A stretch of DNA of 63,982 bases, filler included, from Blastocystis sp. subtype 4 (taxonomy: Eukaryota): the NCBI RefSeq assembly GCF_000743755.1. It is 5 parts of 5 records of this genome, joined end to end, with 100 filler letters (N's around TTAATTAATTAA, not from the genome) between each part and the next. Parts side by side here need not be neighbours in the genome. Positions count along the whole stretch, not along the records: positions 41,382 to 55,052 come from NW_014569264.1; positions 55,153 to 63,982 come from NW_014569183.1; 3 more parts are not named here. One strand, 5' to 3'. Of the stretch, positions 54,456 to 63,982 are shown one piece after another. A program made the translations under genes and the position numbers. The first letter of the stretch is position 1. Every line of letters starts with the position of its first letter. The notes beneath the pieces were generated by a model. The model was not told the origin of the DNA. It did no database searches and was given only the letters and a program-made list of their open reading frames with translations.

Positions 54456-54626
54456 ATGGCTAAGAAGGAAATGGATAGACATCTTTCTCGCAATGGAGCG
54501 ACGAAGGAAATCAAAAAGGATGGAGCTGGTGGCAAGTATACTTGGGGAAAGCCTGGTGATGAGGATATTGAGATCCCTGTGGATAAGAAGGACCCTTCTT
54601 ATGTTTCTCCTACTGAGGAGGATTAA
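54456..54626 (+). CDS. 56-aa microprotein resembling the PDCD4 N-terminal / Stf2-Tma10-type KK.G.GG..WG motif
   Basis: MAKKEMDRHLSRNGATKEIKKDGAGGKYTWGKPGDEDIEIPVDKKDPSYVSPTEED*, with its own TGTTTGTT at 54676-54683. Confidence 0.75.
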   Translation: MAKKEMDRHLSRNGATKEIKKDGAGGKYTWGKPGDEDIEIPVDKKDPSYVSPTEED

Positions 54627-54749
54627 TGTGATTGTAACGGATAAGTGTACTATATCGCATATGATCTCTTTTTCTTGTTTGTTTTCATCAATATGAATGG
54701 TTTGGGTCCTTGTTGGCTTCCACATTACTGTTCATTGTTGGACTAAAGA

Positions 54750-55052
54750 ATGTCAGCTCAACAAGCGAGTGAATCTCTCTACAATTGTCCTGCATTCTCG
54801 ATAAATGCTCATGGTTGGGGTCCCTGTCAGCTTCCTGAGCAATTCGAGGGCCTTCCTTTTAGTCTATTCAGCAGAGATGACAATTTGGGAATGATTATCG
54901 ATGTTACGCAGTCTTCTGTTGTGTCCCGTGGCGAAGGTGAGAATTAGGATTGGTTTTATGATTTCGAGGACTTCTTGGTGATGAAGAGGACAGTTCTTTC
55001 ACGGTTGTTGATAACACCCGTTCCTCTGGACCTCACAAGACGAAACGTAAGA
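54750..55052 (+). CDS. EIF3D: eIF3 subunit D, N-terminal part (truncated by gap)
   Basis: NAHGWGP..EQFEGLPFSLFSRDDNLG..D and DEEDSSFTVVD match the eIF3d N-terminus. Confidence 0.8.
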
Positions 55053-55152
55053 NNNNNNNNNNNNNNNNNNNNNNNNNNNNNNNNNNNNNNNNNNNNTTAA
55101 TTAATTAANNNNNNNNNNNNNNNNNNNNNNNNNNNNNNNNNNNNNNNNNNNN
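55053..55152. other. Artificial scaffold spacer (hides most of two genes)
   Basis: N-run/TTAATTAATTAA/N-run between eIF3d and CCT6 5' fragments. Confidence 0.98.
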
Positions 55153-55275
55153 ACTGATACCGAGATTTGTTTTCAAGACTTCTTGCATTCCCGTTGCAGC
55201 AGTGATCTGAACGGCCATTGCTTGTTGTTTCTTCATATACTCGGCCTTTGGATTCAACAGATTGAGACTTGACAT
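55153..55275 (-). CDS. CCT6: Chaperonin CCT zeta subunit, N-terminal fragment
   Basis: MSSLNLLNPKAE..A..ITAATGMQEVLKTNLG. Confidence 0.85.
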
Positions 55276-55379
55276 CTTCAAAGTTCCTCTTTGTTGAGAA
55301 CAAATGCGCAACCAAAAACCCGCAGTTTTCTATCAACACAATTGGTTCGATTTTTGGAACTTCATTGTTTTACTTCTGA

Positions 55380-56305
55380 ATGCTATCTGGATTAGTGGAT
55401 AGGTTTACTACATTCATGAGAGAGCCAATGTATTCTCTAGGGAATGCATTGAGCGATTACATCTATGTTTCAAAGACGGATGATGCTTCAATGGTCTCAA
55501 ATGTACTCAAGAGTGAACTGAATAACGAATAGTTCATTGATCGTGTGAATACAACGAAGGATGGTGATGTGCTTGAAGAGGTGTGGTTTGTACTCGCAAA
55601 GGCAATTGACACTGGTAACAATCTTGTGATCATACGAACATTGAAGTATGGATTACTGTTGTATTTCAAAGATAGTGTTTCAGATTCTCTAGTTCACAAC
55701 TGTGGATCTCGATTCTACAATGCGTGTTCTCCTTTATTTATGAGAAGAATGAAGGATTTGATCAACGTAGGTTCGGTAAATTTCCTGTTCCATAGACCAA
55801 GAGTTTCCAAGGAGGTGCTGATAACATGCGTGTGATGAACAAAGCACGAACCATGATGTTGGAATGGGGAGAGGCTTTTCGTCCACTAGTCTCCCAGGGA
55901 TTAGGTAAATCAATTGTGGATGGCTATCAAGAAATGATCAAGGATGGGATTCGTTTTCCTCCGCTAACGGAGTCCAATAAGTGGACCCCTTGTCTGGAGC
56001 CTGAGTCTTATCACAGAACTGACTTTGATATCAAGGATTTCTATCGGAGAATGAAGAAGGTAGTAGCAAGAATTGACGAATCTGGACCTTCATTCCTCCA
56101 TTCTTCTGAGGGAGCTATCATTCTAGAAGAGTGTAAACAACGATTACCAACATTTGCAGGAATGATCATTGAGGCAAGGAAGAAAGGAGACGAATCAACA
56201 GTTCAGCACTTATGTCTTCTTCATGAAATGTGTGACCAAGTTGTGGCTCAAGAGAAAGGAACTGATGATGATTGGTCTGATGACTGTGATTGGTCGGAGT
56301 CCTAG
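55380..56305 (+). CDS. VHS-domain protein (TOM1-like)
   Basis: DSLVHNCGSRF, KARTMMLEWGEAF, YQEMIKDGIRFP. Confidence 0.65.
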
Positions 56306-56458
56306 GAGTGAGTGTATTGCAATTTCGAAAATGTAGTATATTTATCGCTTTCCTGCTCAAGTGTTTGTTTAGAGTTCTTGAAGTTTTCTTGTTTGGAATC
56401 TGTTTGCAACTAATTGCTAGAAGCTTCTTTGAGTAGTGCTTCATATACGTTGGTAACG

Positions 56459-57638
56459 ATGGATAAGCCTTTGTTGGATCAGAACCGAGTAAAGGGCTTT
56501 AGATGCTTGTACATTATAAACACAATATCCTTTTTATTAAAGGATAATATGTTCGTGGTTTTCTTAATGAACAGGTTGGTACAATTCTCTCCTTGTGTAT
56601 TTGTATTTTTGGTGCTGGGTATTCCTTCTTGGCAAGGATAGAGAATGATTATATGTAAGCATTTGTTGTCTCTAATAAACGAGTAGATGGTGTTTCTTCT
56701 ATGCATTATTCTCAGTTATACTTGAAGAGTTATATCGAACAATTTACAAACAACCCAAGAAAGAGGGAGGTTCCATAATGGTCGCCTATTTTATAAATGG
56801 AGTTGTAGGATTGGTAGACCTGGTTTTTATCATTATTCACATCGTTTTATTCTTGTAGTTTTAAGTATCTCGTTTGATTTCTAGTAAACATTATAAGATA
56901 AGATATGTAGTTACTACTTTATTATGTGTTCTTCAGATTATCTGTTTGCTTTTCCATCCCATCATCATGTAGTATGTGTTTTCAACATCCGTGTTCTCTT
57001 TCAGGTGGCTTCTATCTTTATCTCTGTTTATGATGAAACGTACTCAGTCTTCGGTCTCGTTCGATTAGTATTCCTTTCCGAATTCACTTGTCGAATGATC
57101 AAATTAGGAATATATGTTTTCTTGGTTGTAATGTCGTTACTTCAATTCTGGATATCACGCTATTCGGATTGTAGTAATGCTACTTCGATTGTTGCCATGT
57201 GCAATGCTGGCGCCTTTCTTCTGTTGGAAAAAGGATTTGTCAATGATTTGTAGAATATTCTTGCTCTATTTCCCTTTATACGGGATTCAGGTGAAGAATA
57301 TCGTGATTCGACAGTGTCTCTCCATTCTTGCTCCCGTCTGTCTGACTGTATATGGTATTTGTATATCTGAACATTTGGGTTGTTTTGTATGTCGTTCGAA
57401 TCATACCTTGTATGGATGACAGTTGAGTCTTAGAAGTAGTGCTATGTTTACACGAGTTGAGAGTATTGTGATTACATTATGCGGTATTGTCAAGCTGGTG
57501 TGGTCAATCTATAACCGAACAGAGTATTCTTTGTATAGCAAGGATTTTGACGAGGCTTACGAGGAAACGGAAAAACGCATCAATGCAATCATGGAAGCTC
57601 AGCGAATGGTAGATGTTCCTGTAACGAATACAGTTTGA
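56459..57638 (+). CDS. Hypothetical multi-pass membrane protein
   Basis: Hydrophobic exons; ends VPVTNTV-TGA immediately before TGTTTGTC 57642-57649. Confidence 0.45.
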
Positions 57639-57664
57639 TTCTGTTTGTCTTCAACAAACAATAG

Positions 57665-59692
57665 AAACGATTTTGGTGTTAGATAACAGCAAAGAGCGTT
57701 CTTTGATCAACTGTGAGAGTTGGATTCGTAGCGACAGTCGTTTTGTGTTGATATCCTCCAAGTCTTTCCATAAATCTCTTATTCTATACCTACTCTGAAT
57801 TCCTTCTTCAATGCGAACTTCCAGTTGACGAATTGCTTCTTTCAATTCACTCATCTGTTGTTTGATTTCAGCAAGTCGATTCGACACCTCTCGTAACTCA
57901 CTTGTATCATCATACATCAATACTGGCAGCGAAGTATCCGTCTCAAAAGAATAGTGCCGGCCTGAAGACAAGCCTTTGTAAGGAGAACTTACACTCTCCT
58001 TCTTTGGATGCATGATCAAGCATTCATACTTAGCAATCCATGTTTTCTGCTCTTCCTGAAGACAGGACAGTTTCTCCGAATACCGATTCCTGTCCAAAAT
58101 GTTGTTTCGGAGATCATTCCGATTTAACACCTCCTCGTTGTGAATTTCCCTGATACGCGTTAAGAGAACGGAAATGTCAGAAGTTAACTGTTCTCGCTTT
58201 GCTAACATGGATGCGGACATGCTAAGCATCATTCTCTCAAAACACTGAAACGTGACTTGACAACGTGCTGAGAATTCAGCCTGAGCTTGTTGGTACGAAG
58301 AAGGAGTAATCTATACATTCATTTGAGAATGGACTTGTACTCCAGTCAACGTTAGCATAACATCAAATAAAGATTGAATATCTTTCTCTCGTCGCAATTT
58401 TGTAGTTCCAACGACATGAATGAAATCAGATACTTGGATGATGTCACAGTTCAAGATATCATTCTGATAAAGAACAAGAATGGCTACGGACAAGCGAAAG
58501 AGCCCCGAAATGCCAACACAAAACAAATAATCCCAAAATCGGAACAGAAAGGAAAAGCGAAGATTGTTAGAAAAAAGAGGAATGAACCATCGTGTAACTA
58601 AAATAGAAAGATCAAAGCCTATCTGATCAAAGTGAATACAGATTTGTGGAACCGAATCACTATGATTATATTTCTAGCACATTCTTACTTTATAAATTTG
58701 CGAAGAACATAAACATACATAGGAATGTCAGGAAAACCATATCCCCACAATCGAACCAATTGGAGACGTTCAATAACAGCTGCTGTTGTTTCATACATTT
58801 GAGTACTGATATCGTCCCAGTCAATCCTACACATGAAACATGATTCCTGAAGGTACGTTTTGATTTGTTTTTGGAGTTCATCTGTATCATTATCACTATA
58901 GTAACCATTCAGTTCTGGATCCACAAGGGCAATCATGATTGCTCCAACCACATAGTTCATACCCTGACAATATCCAAGTCCAAAGTAGTCATCGCTGATC
59001 TTACGGAGAACAGATTCAAGAATATTCTGACAGCCATTATCTTTATGACGAAAGAGGAAATGATGAGGAAAAGTACGACAAACATCTCGTGAAATTTCAC
59101 CATCAATATACTCATCTTTCATCAAACGGTTTCCATGGTAATGAGGCACAATTCCAGAAGTGTCATCATCCAAAAACTCAAAGCAGAAATCATCACGCTC
59201 AATTACAAAGGGAACGGCATTCATATATCTCTTGAGTATCAGATCCCAGAAACTACATATTAGTCCTACTCTCCATCATTTACTGTGGAATGAACTTTGG
59301 AGGCTGACAGAAGTGTCTTACTATACACAGCACACATTGAGGATCACTCAACTCTAACAACTTAGAGATCATTCAAATCCCTACCCTTCTCCAGTCTTTC
59401 ACTCGAATCTACCAATGACAGGAAATCAAATCGCTAGAAATAAGAAGCAACAGATATAGATTACATCAAGAAATGAACAAGAAAGCCTAATTGCTTTACA
59501 AACGGTATCACTTTCCATCACGATGATTCCAGTCGTTTATGGTTAGTCAATGAGAAAATGACTCTTACAGAGAATCACGGGGATTCAAACTATTCTACTC
59601 TATGGGATGAATACGATAATTCGTAGGTCCTGGTGCTATTAATCGAGAAATTTAGCGGTTTACAGGGATGGGAGATACGGATGATGATTCAT
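57665..59692 (-). CDS. TBC (Rab-GAP) domain protein with C-terminal coiled coil; stop completed by polyadenylation
   Basis: ISRDVCRTFP (R finger), GYCQGMNYV (Q finger), RWF. In-frame T 57665 + ctat + TGTTTGTT. Start uncertain. Confidence 0.85.
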
Positions 59693-60034
59693 GGATACAG
59701 TAATACAACTGTTATCGTGAAATACTCATCTCAATGTTTGTATTGAACTGTTGTTGAGGATAAAGACTTGTGCTTTGCGGTTCCTTTTCAATCAAAGTAG
59801 CACTAGTTTTATTGCTGAATCTGTCAAGTCAACAAATAGAATTCCTGAAGGGATACAAAGAGATTGTATCAACTCTCTTCTGGTTCTTGTTGTTTACCGT
59901 TGTAGTTGTCGCTTTTGACTATAATATGGAGCAACCGAAAGAGTAGAAACTCAAATGGATTTACTATTGTTCATTATCAAACAAATGATCAGTAATCTTA
60001 TGATTATCAAGAGTTGATGACGCTTCGTTTTGTA

Positions 60035-60805
60035 TTAACAGTTATTCCAAATATTCCTATAAGAATATTGGGAAATGAAAGTAAACAGGATCCGATACCA
60101 TGTGATTTGAGACTGATGAAACTGGAAGAGTTGATGAGTCAGCAATGGATTTGATGCTTTTACTACCTCATCTCGTTTTCCACTGGCTAGAAGAAGAGAT
60201 ATAGGACCTGTATACTTAGAAAGCAATGACATGGAGTATAGGGTTAAGAAGGATACATCCTTGAATTTCTCTCGAATGGAACAAACGGTAAGAAAAGTGG
60301 AAATGTGGTTGGGATGTCCTGAAACGCCTCTGGAATCAAACGTCCGTACTTCAGTAATGGAATGACTGAGGATGAATCTTTCTAAGTATTCTTGACATAG
60401 AGTTATATTCCACTTCTCCTCCATACCATCTTGAATCCTCGGATCATGGAGAATAAACAGATGTGAAGGATGAATTTCAAGGTATTCCACCCAATCTTGG
60501 AGTTCTCGCTCGCGTTGGAGTCCTTTTCCTGATGCATTGCCTTTGAGAAAGATAGTAACATACTTCGTACCATTCGTAAAATAAAAAAAGTACTGATCCA
60601 CATTTTGAGATCGAAGATAAGCAATTGTTGGCATCTTCAGATATTACCCTATCGACTACATTACCATAAACAGTGTTTCGTCATCAGGATGTGCCAGTAC
60701 AAAGAGTGTTGTTCGATTCTTTGACAAGGATGCACATTCACATTCATTACCCCATGAACGGGATAGCAAGATTTCAAGAATCAGTAGAGACAAATAGATT
60801 TTCAT
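60035..60805 (-). CDS. PIGL: GlcNAc-PI de-N-acetylase (PIG-L)
   Basis: LAHPDDETLF, GNASGKG..RERE, TFDSRGVSGHPNH, HQSQITWYR. Confidence 0.9.
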
Positions 60806-60862
60806 TCTTCGTGTAATTCATAATGCTCGGGGTTTAATCAAGTAATCTCAACTCTCAAAAAC

Positions 60863-62316
60863 ATGAGCAAGCGTACTGGATTGTATGATATTCTTGGAGT
60901 AAAATCAGATGCTACTCCAGAAGAGATCAAGGTCAGAGTTCGGATAGCAGCTAATGTTTAGAAAGGGTATCACAAAATGGCACTCAAATATCATCCAGAC
61001 AAAAATCCTGGCAATCCTGAGGCTGCAACAATGGTAGGATAATACATGTACCGTTCCATTTAGTTCAAACGAGTGAAAGAAGCCTATGATATTCTTTCTG
61101 ATCCCCAGAAGAGAGTATGGATTAAGTTGTTTTGATGAATTGTAGAGTCTGTACGATAGACTTGGTGAGGATGGTGTAAAGGCTGCAGATGATCCTTCAT
61201 CGATAGATCCAACAGTAGGTGATAGTTCGAGAGTTTAAGATAGATGTTCATGAACATTATCCGTTCCTCTGACAGATCAATTCGAGGCTCACTGTTTGCT
61301 TTCTTGTTATTCGTTTTTATTGGATTCTTCTGGCTTGTCAGTAAGTATATATTTTTGGATTTCAGTGTAGTTCTTTTGGGACTTCGAATTGATAACTACA
61401 TTCAGTGGTCATGGTGGGTTGTCACATTGCCCTTGATTATCCTTGATTTATTCTTGCTTGTACTCTATGTTAAGTCCATTCCTTCAATATTCAAGCGAAA
61501 ACAGGAAGAAAGAGATCTTCCTCCAGAAGAACGAATTCCAATCACTCCTCAGCTTCTTTCTGTACTTAACAGTATTCTGTTAATTGTGGCTCAATTCTGT
61601 CTTCTTCTTCGTCTGGATCATGTTTGGAATGTTACCATGACTGTCTCTCTAATTCCTTACTACATCTACTCACTCCATTTCATATACATGCCATATGTCT
61701 TATATCGTGAGAAACTCATCTCAGGTAGCGAGGCAGTTGATATGATCATGGAATTTGTGTATCCTGTGACAATCTTCCTTTGCTGTCTGAAGTATGATCA
61801 ACTCATCCATGTTGGTTGGGGTGTTACATTTATTGTGATCTGGATTGTATTGGGTTTATCTCTTCTTCGTGATCTTGTCATGACGTGTTTGGCACGTTCT
61901 GCTGGAGTATTTGAATAAGTGAATGATTCATGACTAGACCCCAGAAGCAATGATGGTATTACCAGGACTGTATTCATCAATAATCTCAACATGTATTCAA
62001 ATCTTTATTGCTATTGCTATTCTATGTAAGATCTCGGGTAGATGGAGATGGGGTATCTCATACATCATTATTCCTATTATGGTTATTGTTGAATCTGTTT
62101 ATAATGAATAACCCTTAGTTGGGACTGTTGGGTCTTTGTTTGCTCTTCTCTGTTGCTACTATCCTCTTTGGGTCTGATGAAATGTTTATGGAGGTCCAAA
62201 CAGATGTAGAGTCTGCTTCAAGACAGAGTTATAGAACAAATACCCGTAGGATCATTTCTATTCCATGAGGTGTAGATGAAGAGCCAACAGATGATTCTAA
62301 TCTAGGTATGGACTAA
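60863..62316 (+). CDS. DnaJ-domain protein fused to a TMEM185-like multi-TM region
   Basis: LYDILGV, YHKMALKYHPDKNP, EAYDILSDPQKR; repeated LRID..W.W...P TM hairpins; TAA 62314-62316. Confidence 0.75.
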
Positions 62317-62329
62317 GTTTGTTGTTTCT

Positions 62330-63982
62330 AGTATTGTTTGATCAAAAATACTTGGGCACACAGAAGTATAGTGAATTGGAGTTGTGATTTCTAAGATGGT
62401 GGTATTGAGAGATTGTCTTGTCATTTAGATACTTTCATTCAATATGGATGGTACTGGGTGATATGTAGTATCTGTTGGAATGAGCAGAATGTGTTTGAGG
62501 AATGGGTGATTAGTAATAGATCATTGATCTCATTCCTGTTTGTCAGTGTAAATGAGTGAGTATAGTATGTATTCAATACAAAAGATTGGAAGGATGGTTG
62601 AAATAACAATTCGAGTGATTCTTGTGAAGTGTGATAAGAGTAACCACACTTAGAACATTGAACAGAATATCAATATTCCGATCCTTTCAGAGATATGACT
62701 TCTCATTATCTGAAAGAATGATCTGTGTCAACTCATCATTCTTCTGAAGGACATAAGATTCAAGTCAGAATCCATTCTCATTCATTGAATGAGTTGGTAT
62801 CAATCTCAATTCATTTAGTAACTAGTAGTGGATGAGGACTCGAAGAGGGATTGAAACAATCCAATGAAGTGGATTCTTCTGATTCACAGTGGAATCTCTC
62901 ATTCTATTCCATATCCTGTGGTATTTAGGTCCAATCCAATCACAATGAATTCACTTCTGATACTCGTTCCATATTGATTGAAAGAAGAAAAGAACAACAT
63001 TGAGACTTCTCAGCGGGTCCCCCACACTGGTACTAACTCAACTCATAATGACTTAGCTTCCTAGATCAGACGGGTTAGGGCGCTTTCCACTAGATATTTC
63101 ACTAACCCTTTTCAACAACACATTCTTATCCTCACATCACTCTAAAGACAATCAACAGATCGTTATTAGTTCAATAACGATTCTAACATCATTCAGGACT
63201 GCAGATCACAATATCCAGTGTTGACTTAGGAGGAATGCCTTTTCACAACAATCGATACAAATGACATTTCATTCCATATATCCTTTTCAACAATCAAAGA
63301 ATCCATACAACAGAATGAGTCTTGATTCCAAACAACAGGAGAAGTCTCATTCTTCAAAACGGGAATCTATTCAATATCAATATTTGAGGATAATAAGGAA
63401 TTGTGATAACATCTCACATTGATCTACAGTCAGATATAAACCTATCAAACATCCATAACTATGACTATAAAGAATGAAATAGAATGATTCCATTATCATA
63501 CTACCATTCATCTTCAACCAGGAGACCAAGTTCGTCTCTACTAACAATAACTACAAATCAACAACTTCAATCAAATATATCATCCATCCTATTCGACATA
63601 CATAATTGTTCATACAATTCATTCTAACAACACTTCAGATGACAATAACTCAATATATCATACTATTTCATCATTTCATAACATCAACCTCATTGTTCCA
63701 GAATATGATATGAAGAATCAAATAACACTCATATCAAACAATCATTCTTGCACCAAATAGCAGTTTGAAATAAATGATATTGAATGGATGTGGAATAGAA
63801 TCCAATAGGATAAGTAATTATGAATTCATTAACATGGCTTGTTCATTGATTCTTTAACTGAGATGAGCAACATCAATGTTACCAATTCTTGTTCATCTCT
63901 TGAATTCCTTGGTAATTATGAGATAAAGAGTGTTGAAATGAAGAGTGGTAGTGAGTTGAGTGGAGAAGCGATAATGAGATTA
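62330..63982. pseudogene. ORF-less degenerate region, possibly decayed repeat or retroelement remnants
   Basis: No ORF >=60 aa in 1.6 kb, strand-skewed low-complexity composition, fragments such as HLQPGDQVRL. Confidence 0.3.

Noticed and set aside
13733..55152. Four identical TTAATTAATTAA palindromes flanked by N runs
   Set aside because: They are synthetic contig linkers (stops in all six frames, fixed 100 nt). ORFs ending in them are artefacts, and true gap sizes are larger
235..62316. Frequent in-frame stops suggesting pseudogenes or an alternative genetic code
   Set aside because: Where checked, the stops fall inside ~30-nt GT-AG introns and spliced frames are intact under the standard code
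63071..63079. GGGTTAGGG telomere-like motif
   Set aside because: Single copy, expected by chance

Overview
This is gene-dense, AT-rich eukaryotic nuclear DNA, most likely the anaerobic gut stramenopile Blastocystis. That call is inferred from ubiquitous ~30-nt GT-AG introns, very short intergenic spacers and a TGTTTGTT element at gene 3' ends. The window is five contigs joined by artificial 100-nt N/TTAATTAATTAA spacers and holds about 35 intron-split protein genes. They include glutamate-cysteine ligase, adenylosuccinate synthetase, eIF3a, eIF3d, SF3B2, gamma-adaptin, importin-alpha, copine, V-ATPase F, DAG lipase, BCAT, a PiT transporter, an ABCG half-transporter, metaxin, PIG-L and a TBC protein. 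The strongest signal is that about 11 genes appear to lack an encoded stop: they end in an in-frame T, TA or TG exactly 4 nt before TGTTT(G/C)TT, so poly(A) addition would complete UAA/UGA. This mechanism is already described for Blastocystis; here it corrects the ORF track. Other highlights are three 40-41-nt minor-spliceosome (U12-type) introns including an apparent AT-AA one, a PH + inositol 5-phosphatase + cNMP-binding + NPF-tail protein, a 56-aa stand-alone PDCD4/Stf2-like microprotein missed by the ORF track, an ABCG with a degenerate Walker A, an intronless atypical Hsp70, and a 20-bp promoter palindrome. All gene models were read by eye; starts and splice sites are approximate.
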